Shown: in pieces, positions 1-12,600 of the stretch | How the letters are laid out: every line of letters starts with the position of its first letter | Numbering within the stretch: position 1 is the first letter of the stretch | Source: Phoronis australis | Lineage: Eukaryota; Animalia; Phoronida | Assembly (NCBI GenBank): GCA_002633005.1 | Contig: NMRA01000212.1 | Coordinates: 361,312-425,311, forward strand | Reading direction: 5' to 3' | Length of the DNA: 64,000 nucleotides | The notes under the pieces: model-generated | Seen by the model: only the letters and a program-made list of their open reading frames with translations | What the model was told of the DNA's origin: nothing | Database searches by the model: none | Position numbers and translations under genes: made by a program

Positions 1-607
1 ATGAATTGTTAGTTCTCTTTTAAGTCCAGAAATCTGCTTTAAGTTGACTGTAAAAAAACGATTTGAGGCCAATTGTAGCGGTAATTTGTCTAAGTCAAAT
101 GTTTGCACGTGTTGGTGATGGAAGGCAGGTCTATAACTATTATAATAGACACTTAATGGATCGGTTTCCTTTGTTCACAGAATATCAAGTTACCACAGTA
201 TGCCTCTATACTTAACTTGGAGAATATCTTGTCCTTGGTCAATGAACAAATATGTGCCCTTTTATTCAACCCAGCTGTGATATTTCATTCTTCACATTTA
301 AGTCCCACACAGTACTAATTAGGACCAACTTCAAATCTTTATTGCATTCTGTCCTCGGTTTTATCATTTGTATTTAGAAATGTTAAAATAGTAGAAATGG
401 AGAGCCAAATCAAACCCTCTTCAAAACATAAAACTAAATTTTTACACTCATCTGTAACAAAGACGGCACTGCGTGGGACTTTTATTTGTGAGCACATTCT
501 TCTAGCATATGTTGAAAACTATCATACCAAGTTTCATTATGGTTTTATTTATTTGTATGCTATTACTGAAAATGACATTCCATTGTATTTGTTATGTTTG
601 CTTTTAG

Positions 608-3600
608 GTTGGGTTTAATGACGTGGGAAAGATTATTGCCTTGGACGTGTCCTTGTATTCTAATGCTGGCATTAGCCTGGATCTGTCTTTGCCTGTAAGT
701 AAATGTATTTATGATGGCGTAAAATTAAAATTGAATGAGTTTTTGACGTACAAAAATGTGGCCGGAACAAAGTGAACTGAAAGCGAGGTTACAATAACAA
801 AGAAAAACGCCCCTAAAGACACGTGACAATCATCAGCCTATAAGAGCCAAGAGCTGACCATTAACTCGAGGCCCGTGATAACAACAGACCAATGCGAAGG
901 CTGGAAAAACGACGTGTAGTCCTGCACGAGGGAATAATGGAATAGAGCGAGATGAGGGGGAAAAGGAGTAAGGCGGGTCCATATGCTCACATAAATATAT
1001 TGAACTAGTGAAATATCATATTGTATTCTAATGCTGGCATTCTAAGCCTGGATCTGTCTTTGCCTTAAATGTATATGACTTTAAGTATTACATGTTATGC
1101 CTCTGTGTAAAGGGATTATCAAGGTTTGTGTGTCATTGGGAAACAGGGTGGTGACAGACACTAACGGCAATAAATTGTGACAAGAGTTGTTATTGGTTCA
1201 TTGCAAAAGTTAAACAAAAATGAGTATGGTCTGGAGTAATTCTTTTAATCGGGGGAATAATTTGAGGACCCTGATTGATGCTAATGATTGGTGGGTATAC
1301 AGAACAAGCTTACTAGATTGTAAACGTTTAGAAACCTATGTCAGTATATGCAGGATATTTGCTGTTCCAGTAGTCTGGTTTATAGTGCTACAAATCGGAT
1401 AAGATAATGTGTAATAAAATTTAAAATCGGGAAATACTGAATTGTGTAAAATGTGGCTTGCTTTTTAAAGTTCATGTATTCTAATTTGAAATATAATATC
1501 TAATTCCTAATTTTAATGAAATAAGCAAAATGGAATATTAATTGCAGTGAATTCTTGACTTGACATGTTAATGTAAAACAAAACAGTGAACTGCCTGGGC
1601 TGTAGGAAAAGATGTATTTTTCAGGTATTGGAACGAGGCCTGTTTCACATTGACAATGCTTATAAAATACCCAACCTGCGAGTCAATGGATTTGCTTGCA
1701 AAACCAACATTCCTTCCAACACAGCGTTTCGAGGATTTGGTGGGCCACAAGGAATGTTTGTGTGCGAGAGTATTATTTCCAATATTGCCTTAAAGCTTGG
1801 ACTTCCACCTGAACAGGTTGGTGGGAAATTAAACACTGCTTTGTTTTGATTCTTTGTTGTAGACAAACACTGGCTTATTGACTGTCTATTGACGTTGTCA
1901 CAGGACTCTTTACTAATTGATAAATAATTGTTTTTCCTTCTTGCCTACAATGTGCATGTCATGGAACACATTGACTGTTAATGTCACTGGTGGATTGTGG
2001 GAAGTTTCAGCAAACTCCAGTAAAATCTCATCAATTAAGGACACAATATGGTAGACGATTGACATCACGTTATTAATTTTTACATAAAAAGATAGCACCA
2101 AATAAATGCTTTAACATAGGTACCATCAAACAATGTTTTGAGAAACTGTGAGCTCTCACGACATTTTTTGAAGCATTTATGAAATGAAAAAAGATCAATT
2201 TTGGCACTTATTTTATTTTCGAAAAATGGCATTTATCATAATCACATCACAGTGTCAGTTGGGTGTTATGTATTTGTTGCGCTGGTGATTTTTTCAAGCA
2301 AAAGAAATGTTCAGATAAATGGAATGATGAAAAGTTGGCAGTTTGATAACGTCATTGTAAGAGAGTGCATGGTATTTTTGCCAGTTTCACAGGTTACGTT
2401 AAAAATTTTTCATTTTGGCCGACAATGATTATATCAGATAAACACAGAAAAATCAGGAACCCCAACTGGGAATAGAACCACAGTTCTTTAGATTGCCGGT
2501 CTAGTGCTCTCACCACTGAGCTACTGAGGGCCCGATATCTGTGCAATTACTGTTTACAGCCAACTGTTACATCATCCATCCCATGAGCGGCGTTTTTACA
2601 CGGGATTTGGACAATTATACCATCAGCAATTGGGGTTCCTAATTTTTCTGTGTTTATTTGATATATTTCATTACTGACCAACCTCAGCCTCTATATATTG
2701 ACAATGAATATGGTAGGCATATAGTGGAATTTCATTTCGTAAAATTTCAATGCAAAAGAAATCTTTTTAAAAGAACCATTTGGTTTTACCATAGTTTGTA
2801 TGGTATAAATATCCCCTATCAACATTTGCAATGCTGTTTTTCTGAGTAAATATTAGTGAAGTGACAGTTTAAGCTGGAATTTTGTCCCAATTCGAAGAAT
2901 TTTTGCCATAATTTAAGCAAGGTTTGTTACAGGTAAGGTATGAAAACTTGTACCAGGAGGGTGACCTGACCCACTTTAACCAGCCCATGTTGAGATGTAA
3001 TCTTGAGCGATGCTGGAAGCAATGTATGGAGGAGTCGTCATACATAAAGAGACGAAGTGAAGTGGACATCTTTAATGGGTTAGTTTTGAAAATTGGTGTT
3101 ACTGTAATTTTTGGGCTTGGACGGGGTAACTAGTCTTCATAGTGACTTAGAAGTTTGCATCTGGTTAAAAGTCATGGGTGTCCTTCACACACAATAGGCC
3201 TTTTTGAAATTGTCATGCAAAATCAGTGAAAGTAGACCTTTGTGAACCCTGCTCTTAGTCATACAACTGTCCCAGTTGGACTGTGTAACAATACGCATCT
3301 CAAAAAAAGATTTATGGTACTGGCTGTGAAGATAATTTTTATTACCCCCTATGGGTAGCTGAATAGTTGAGCCCAGAATGAAGAACGGCACAGTACAAAA
3401 TGCCATCAATTAATGTGTAAGCTGCAGTCTGACTGTAGAAACGAGGTTAATTAGATATCGAAACAGATGATATCCATTGTGCTCACAGAGCGGCATTGAA
3501 GATGAATATTACTTCACTCTGAAATCAGAACTCAATATTTGAGTGAAAGCCTGTTTAACTTTTGTAAGCTATGAAGTAAATTGGGTACCTGAAATACATG

Positions 3601-6600
3601 TACCTTCAAACCTGAAAAAGAGACCCCAGAAATGCTTTTGGTCTTGGTATTGCCTGGTGATTTGCTTAAACTAATTAAAGTAAGTGTTATAGCAATTAGC
3701 AGCTAGCGCCTGTGTTTAAATCTCATTGTAGTGCCTTCGTGTTGGTATTTGTCTTTTTGACATAATTGTTTGACGTTGTTATTTATGTCTGCGAGTGAAG
3801 CAACAGTTTCACCAAAGAAAAAGAGTTCATCACAGTTTTGTTGCACTATGTCAGTTTTGCTCTTTGGATAACCCTTTCATATTTTTTAATGGAAAAGTTC
3901 CCCTCAGAAGGCAGCAGGCCACCTGCCCATTTTTACATTCAAAGGTAGGAAATGGAGTTAAACAATTATATTGCTTCTGCTATTGGATCCTTCACCACTG
4001 ATAAAGTTCTAATTCATTTTTAAAGTTGACATCAGATATTGTAATACAGTGGGTTAATTCTTGGTGTCTGTGTTTTGCTGCATATTTTCAGGGAGAACAG
4101 ATGGAGTAAGCGTGGTCTAGCCATCGTCCCAACCAAGTTCGGCATCTCATTCACTGCGAAATTCTTGAATCAAGCTGGGGCCTTGGTCCATGTTTACAAG
4201 GATGGCTCTGTTCTCATAAGCCATGGTGGAACTGAGATGGGCCAAGGCTTGCACACTAAGATGATGCAGGTAACCATGGCAACTTTTTTCTCATTCAGGG
4301 ACCATCATAGACAAGACCAAATAGTGCATAAACTTAAGCTGAAATTTTGATAAAGTGTTGCTGTATTGTTTAATGTACCATGCATCTCACGGCCTGCTAC
4401 GACAACCCAGGTCCTAATTAATTACCTCGCATTTAAATGTGACCTAAAACGAAGACAAGTGAAACTGCTGTCTTAAATTTGATTGATTTTTGTTACTCGG
4501 AAACTGAATGTCAGTTTGTCCATGATAGCAAGTAACAGCATATATTCAAGAAAACAACAGTTTTAAAACTTGACATGTTTTGGTGTCATTTATCCCCTAG
4601 AATTAGTCAATAGGGTACTGAAAGCAAGACTCCAACGTAACCCTGATGATGTTCATCCTGTAGACAAAACTAACTACAAGTACTTTAAAATACCCTATGT
4701 TGGGTTTTACGCCAAAATTGCTCAACGAAAACTCAACAAATTGGTGAATGATTACTGTGTGAACTTGAGAGTTGTATTAACATTCAAGTCTCTAAAACTG
4801 TCAAATTTATTTAACCCTAAGGAAAAAATTTCTATGGGTCTACGGTCCAAGGTAGTATACAAATTTGTGCAGGATGTGGCTCCAGTTATATAGGCGAAAC
4901 TGTTCGCCATTTGAAAACCAGGACCAAGGAACATCTAAATTCTGACAGTAATTCACATGTAACTATTCACCTGCAGAGCTCCAATCATTGTTATCAGCAG
5001 TGCTCTTTCAATGACTTTGCAATAATAGACCAGGGAGTAACAACAAAGGAGCTTAAAATTCGCCAGGCTTTACATATCAGTTGGTGCAAGCCCAATCTCA
5101 ATAGGCAACTGACACACCACAGGTTGTCATTGTTGGTCTAGTTCATTGTCACTCCCTGTAACTGACTGTATCTGTGCTTCATTACTTGTTGCTGGGCCTA
5201 GCTAGGTGGCCACTGTATTATGACTTCTGAGGATGGTGTTTAATAAATGACACCGAAACATGTCAAGTTTTAAAACCGTTGTTGTTTTCTTGAATAAATG
5301 TCAGTTTGCTGATTTAGAAGACTGATTTTGTGTTTTAATTTTGATAGCACAGTCTAAGTGTGTAACTAAAGGTCTTTAGAACTTGAGATATTTATGAAAA
5401 AAAGATAAGATATGGCCTGGGGTCATATATGATACATTGAAGTTGGTCAGTTGTACACGTCTGGTGTTATTCTACTGAATAACAAAAGAAAATAAATTGT
5501 ATTAACTGAATGAACTCAAGTTGAAGGTGGATTAGTTTTGAATTTAAGCTCTAGAGGTTGCTTGATCTGTCGGAAACGAAATGATCTGCAGGTTTGGTAA
5601 CCACCGCATTCGACAATTTATCTAGGTTGCAAGCCGAGCTATGAATTTGCCAATATCTAATATCTACATCGCCGAGACAAGTACTGACAAGGTTCCTAAT
5701 ACAAGCGCCACAGCAGCAAGTTCCAGTTCAGATCTCAATGGAATGGCAGTGTTGGTTTGTATTAATTATTATTTTTTCTTTTGTAATAAGCAAGGACAAG
5801 GATTTAGAGTTCCCTAACCTTACCTTACAATTATGTACTTGAAGAAAATCAGGGATGGGTATGCAACAAGGTTTTTAGATTATAGATTACAGCTTTGTAA
5901 TTCCAGTATGTAATAATCATTGGTTATTAAGTTGACAGCGTATTTTTTCTCAGTACAATAATGTGATTCAATTTCTACTTTCAAATGAATATTATATACA
6001 TAACTTAGAGGGATACCATTGAGAACTTGCATGATTAGTATTTAAATGGGATTGTTAAGACATTTGATAATTTGTTTTGCAATGGACAGTTTAGTTTTAC
6101 CTGAATTTGAAACTTTAACTTTGTCGGATACATAAAGTCATGAACAGTAGTATGGATTTTTCAAAATTCTGTTTTAGCTATGCATTTGCTCATTGTTTTT
6201 CACCATACATACACCAAGAAAACAAAATGTGATGAAAAGTATTGTAGATACTTGCCATTACCAAATCTTTTATAGCGCATGATTTCATTCAAGGACATAA
6301 ATTAAAAATGAATGTCACAATGCACTCTCATACTCTGGTAAAAGTCAGAACATTAATTTTAATATGTTGGTGCTGACATCACCATGCCTGTCCTGTCGAT
6401 GTTACTGTTAATATTGGTTTTGTATTTGTTATAGAATGCCTGTGAGACTATTATGAAGCGACTGGAGCCATACATGGTGGCAAAACCTTCAGGATCGTGG
6501 AATGACTGGGTCTTGGCTGCATACTTTGATCGTGTCAGCCTGTCGTCAACTGGATTTCACAAGTATGAAAAATTGAGCAACTTCATTTAGGATATCGGTG

Positions 6601-9600
6601 TACAGTACTCGTTGCGTCTAAAGAAAACAAACACTCACTCTTCATCTGTTTTTCTGAGGCAAACTTGTCTCTGGTGTATATTTTGTAAATGGCAGTTATA
6701 ACCTGCCTATAGCACTTCGAAAGTAACCCCTTATGTACTTTCAGTATTGGGATGCTTATGAATGGAAATGTGTCATAAAATATCACGATGGGTGTTTGCG
6801 CAGTTGCGAAGAATCCTAAAAATAATGACTGAAACCTGACATCTAACTGAGTAACCTGATAGTTGACTTTGAATCTACAGTACAAGGCAAAAGTAATGAG
6901 ACAACATACCATTTCCATGTCACGACGGCTAATTCGGTTAACAGCTAAAATGCCTGCTAATAACATCTTTTGGACAAAATTTTAATTACCGAATAGCATA
7001 GCTACCTTATTGATCATTTTTGTTAAATATCTCCCTGTTCATTCTTGGTCACAGAAAACCATTCTCTGGTAATGAGTGTGCCCTCTGTCCAGCCATCATG
7101 ATGGAGAATTCTGCATGTCATCATTTTGTTTGAATACTGTTAATAAAGCCTAATTGTTTTTGGGTGGCTGTTCATAGCAGAAAACCCCCCCCAAACCCAG
7201 GGCATTTATAATATGATAATTGTTGTTCCAAACGTTGGCCCATGAACTTCTACTCAGAAAATTGTGCGAATATCAGTGCACTGCTGTACATTTGGGGGTC
7301 TGTTTGTAGAAATTTCTTGTATTGTCTCGAGTTGGTGTATCTCGTTGTTACGTAATACCTCAAGTGCCCATCTTAACAGTTTCCCAGGTATTTCACTGGT
7401 TTGAATTTTGAATGTATGGCATCAACTCACCACTTAGTCCCTTGGGCTTCATATCAACTGACTGTGGATCAATTTTGGATGATTATTGTGTGTTTTGTGA
7501 TGTGAAACTGGAACATAATCAGACATGAAGAGTCCAAACAACATAGTGTTATATCAGATATTAAATTTAGTTATTTTAAAAAACTTCTGTTGATGTGGAA
7601 TATAAGATTAGCTTTGATACTCTTTCTCTAAACTTCTTAATTTTCAGGGTCTGTCTGGGATGTGTTGTGTGTATTTTCAATACCCCCCAATGTTGTTTAT
7701 GACATAAAGAGTGTTTCAGATATTTGGTCTTGTGTTCCACCCAAGAGTTTCTGAAAATTAAATCTCTTGAGAAAAAGAACAAAGTCTCTGAAAATACCTT
7801 CTAGTTGTTAACAAAGAGAATCGGTAAATTATATGTTGACTGTGTTGCGCTCATAATTTCTTGGCCAAACTTTGATTCACCAAACTTTCATTCACCAATT
7901 GTGAAGTGGGGGCACAAAACCAGTCAGGCCCCTTACCTTGATAATAACTATTTTCCGAACTTATCGCACCTTGATAACGATATAATGAGTAACTATTTTC
8001 AGAACTCCCGACCTTGGCTATGACTTTGAGAGCAACACTGGCAGTCCATTTGCCTACTTCACACAAGGTGTTGCATGTTCAGAGGTTGAGATCGACTGCT
8101 TGACTGGGGACCACCATGTCATTAGAACTGACATTGTAATGGATGTGGGAAGGAGTCTCAACCCTGCTATTGACATTGGACAAATTGAAGGAGGCTTCAT
8201 GCAGGTTTGCCTACTGTAACATTCATTTTAAATCTAGTTTTGATCTGTCCTCCAAAGATTTGTTGCCTTTAAGTTTGTATGTTTGAGTTTGTCAGAAATT
8301 ACTGTTCTGAGAGTAAAAAGGACATTATCATCAAGAAAAGTCATTTTCTGAGATCTGCCTTGTGGCGGACTCGAACCTGCAATCCCCGTGGTCAACATTT
8401 AATGCTATGTTGACTGAACTGAATCCCGCTTGATAAACGGCAGAGCATTTTAGCGTGTTTGACTAGTAAAATAATTAGTCTTGATTTAAGCGAATAGGTG
8501 ACAAGGCAATGGCGAGACTTGGCGATTTGTAATAAAATCACAAAAAACATCACATTTTGTTGTTTTGTAGCTCTTGTCGAAACTAATAACTTCATGAAAT
8601 TTATCCCCTCCAACAATAAGCCCTAAGATGTGTTTTGGCAGTAAAACTGAATCCAATGTCCTCTTAAAGTGGCTAAAAAGAACTGTCCGATCTTTGCAAA
8701 CCCAGAAGTCACTTCTCATCTGAATAAGGAACAAGTTGAGACCAATTTTGTAGTCTGCAGTGAGTGGTCTAAATCAGACGATTGCTTCTTGGAGGGAACC
8801 CTGGGCTCATGGCTGCCATGATCTTGTAGGGCATCACTTGGCTCATAATAATGATCTGTTTCTTTGTGTTGTCATCAATAGTCTTGTCTTATGATGAAGT
8901 ATTTATGCATGTCACGCAATGGGTTCTGCTTATGGTGAAGCTATGCTTTACGCATCAAGTTATAAGCTGAATGATTTTAAATTTTACTGTTCTAGTTTCA
9001 ATTCAAAAATATTTGGGCCTTGAAGTAGTTTAAAATAAAACAAAGAAACAGCACCTTGGTACATGCCAATATGATGATGTCTATGACCATGAATATGCTG
9101 ATCGCTTGTTTTTTTTTTGTTTTTTTGCAGCAAAAATTGAACTTTTACTTTGTTTCCATCATCTTGTGCATTATTACAACTATTTATCTTTAAATGATAT
9201 TGTTGATATGACTAAATAACAAATTATTAATAACCAACTCATTTTTTCATCATCCAAAAGTCATCATGTATCTTAAACTGGTGTTTGCTCGTCAAAATTA
9301 TTTGATCATTGTCATTCATTCCTTCACAAAAAATCAGTATTTGTGTGTACTTCCAGTTTTTGGTGTATAGTTTATATTAAATAATTGTAAATGATGAAAT
9401 TTTCTGCCTCGTGTTACATTAAAAAAGGAACCCACTACTTAGACAAATTTTACGTCTTTTCACAGGGTTATGGTTTATTTACTTTGGAACAACCCAAATA
9501 TTCTCCTACGGGATATATCTACACCCGAGGTCCCGGCACTTACAAGATTCCCAGCTTCGGCGATATTCCACTTGAGTTCAACGTGCACCTGTTAAAAGAT

Positions 9601-12600
9601 GCACCTAATCCCAAGGCGGTCTATTCTTCAAAGGTTAGAACGTCAGATATCAACTCGTTTTTTTAATTGTGTGCAACAAGCATTGTAACTGTGAACGTGT
9701 TTGTTTTAAGTTGAATTCCGTTTTTGGACGTTGCTTAATATAACATGCCCAAATTTTGAGAACCAGTTTTCTCCACTGAATAACGGGCATCAAACTGCTT
9801 CTCAAAATGTGTGCATGTTATATCACACTATTGCCCATTGCTTGTGCATAGGTATACATTTGCCAGTAATTCTTCACTTTAATGTAGCACACAGTGTGGC
9901 CAGTAAGTGAAATTCTGTTTTGCTTAAACATTTCTCCACTAAAGTAAAAATTAAAGACATGTTACTTTGTTGTAAGCATGATTTGCAGCATGTAGATGTC
10001 ATAAAACAGCATTTTGGTAAAATTCCCATTATTTGCAAAATGGTGATCAGCCATTAAAAAATGGAAAATTACCATTTTACTTCTTTTTGTGTGAAATAAG
10101 TGGAGAATAGTCATGGTAATATGACTTTTAGCATATTGTGGTAGTTGAACCTTTATCATGGACCACAGAACACTTTCCAGAGACAGGAATTCTTACCACA
10201 GGAGCGGAACTTTTACCCCTCTTCACAAAACACCAGTGTAAGAACTCTTACCACACATTAGTAATCATTACCACGCACAATTTTACTAAGATACACACGT
10301 ATTTTAGTTGGGGTTCTGCTTTGTGGTAAGAATTCTGCAGTCTAATTATCCCATCATGCATACGTGCATTAATCAATCAGATTGCCTACAAAACAAAATG
10401 CTTATTTTATGTCTTGTGATTTCCCTTAAGTGAATTTCTGAATTATTGAATAAACTATGTAAGAGCACTTTGTTTTTGTTTTTTCAGGCTATTGGTGAGC
10501 CTCCGTTATTTCTTGCCAGCTCTGTGTTTTTTGCCATCAAGGACGCCATTAAATCTGCCCGTGCAGATGCTGGTGTTCAAGGCATCTTCCAACTGGACAG
10601 TCCTGCCACAGCAGAGAAGATCAGAATGGCCTGTGTTGATCGCTTCACACAAGTGGTTGGTATTTTTCTCAATTCTAAGAAGTTCGTTACAACACAAGTT
10701 TCCTATTCCATGATCAAAATTGCATAACAATTTAAAGTGCTTAAAACCTCCATTTACATGTTTTGACGAGTGACTACATTAAACCTTCTACAACACAGCT
10801 GAGATCTCAATATCCCAAAAACGAGAAAATACAGGAAACACAACTTTAATTGAAAGCTTCTTAGCTCCAGAGACATGATTGTGAGGTATGAACTCACCCA
10901 GCATCAGTGTGTCATGTCCACAAACGTATGAATCTTTTGTACAAACGTGTGCCATATCCGTGTTTCTCTGATTTCCCTCTGGAAATTGAAAATAGCCTCA
11001 GTGCGGTCAAATACTGCATTGTCACAACCACTGCGAATGCAAATCCTCACCATTCTTTATTTTACTATAAACAATAAACTGCAAACTAACAGCAATATCT
11101 GACAACTTTTCACACTAAACACAATGGAGGATGACTCATGCTGTGATTGGTTGTCCGATTATGTATAGTATCTGTCAACCAATAAATGCTTGTAACTCGA
11201 GATAAGCTAATTAACATATCGTCAGATAACGTTTGCAGGTGATCTTATTTGACAACTCAATCGACTGGATAGGTTGTTTTTTGGTGTTTTGATGTGGAAT
11301 TGATTATTTCAAGCGCTTTAATGTACAAAGTTTGGAAGATCTTGTAAAATATAAATCCCTCAAGACTGGCGCTGCAACTGACCAATAATGTGATCTGCTA
11401 AGTAGCGATTTGTATCTTCAAAAAATGAAAAATCTCCGACCATACTTATAATACCTCCATAAACACTTGAATTTACCCATGCCCAGAGTTGTACGATGAC
11501 ACTATACACTTTCCTCAGTTTCCATCTGCTGGTTTATAGCTTTGGTATTGGCCATTTATGTTGCATGCCCAGCAGAATACTGGCTGTGGTCTACTTACTA
11601 TATTATTATAGCCCCCAGTGTTTATGACCATGTTTATGATGGGCCATTTCATGCTTGATTACTCAAGTTAGTCTCTTGAGAAACATAACATGAGTTGATG
11701 CTGGATGGTTTCTTTGAAGGTAACCGCGATTTTATGGTTAACAAACCAGTGGAGTTGCCCTAACTTGACCGGTGAGGGCGCCAGCGTAGGATTCTTTTAA
11801 TGCAGTATTATCCTTTTCTGAGAAAGAAGCCTCTCTCATTTTTATGCGCCCATGTATTTATATGTGGACGCATTATGCCGTCATCTCCATCCGTCTGTCC
11901 GGCGTCCGCTGCTCTATCTCCAAAACGCCTTAACGTATGTTCATGAAATTTTGCACGTCTTCCTTCTGTGGATGGGACGGCATGAGCGAACTTTCGAACG
12001 GATCCGACAACCTGTGTGTCCCCTAGTGGCAATTTTACGTTTACCTCTGTATCTTCAAAAGTCCTGAACAGATTTTCATAAAATGTAGTATATAGGCACC
12101 TGTTAGGGAAATGATGCTATCCTCCCGTTTTCGAATGGATTTGACATAGTTTGCGCCACGTAGTGGCCATTTTTACTGTTTTTGATTCTGTTTCTTTGCG
12201 TCCACCCCTCTACTAACCAAACCGCTCAAAGGATGATTGTGAAAATTGGCATGTATGTTCTTTTTATAAAGTGGACGGCTGACAATGATTTTCTGACGAC
12301 TTTGACTACTGTGGCGCCTCCTAGCGGCAGTTTTGTTTTTTTTTTTGCTCTTATGGCTGTATCCCCTATACCATTCGTAGGATCTTTACTAAATTTAGTA
12401 AGTGTATTGATATGACGTTAACAATGGAGGATGACGACTTTCAGACGGATCTGACTACCGGTGTGCCACCTAGTGGCAATTTTATTTTTTTACGTTTACC
12501 TCTGTAGGTTCGAAGGTCTTCAACGTATTTTCATAAAATTTGACATACAGGCATCTGTTAATGAGATGATGTTATCTTTTCGTTTTCAGATGGATTCGAC

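Noticed and set aside
2460-2531. Functional tRNA gene (also ~29445-29515, ~36258-36325, ~56656-56725)
   Set aside because: Degenerate T-loops and stems, and embedding in repeated elements, indicate SINE-type tRNA-derived sequence.
6583-6966. 127-aa antisense ORF in an XDH intron (and similar 60-160 aa intronic ORFs elsewhere)
   Set aside because: No recognisable domains, often non-ATG starts, and lengths compatible with chance.
10656-10727. XDH ending by read-through of the GEPPL exon (…[10 protein letters not shown]…)
   Set aside because: A better terminal exon at 14419-14469 has a good acceptor and encodes the family-typical PW-x-V C-terminus.
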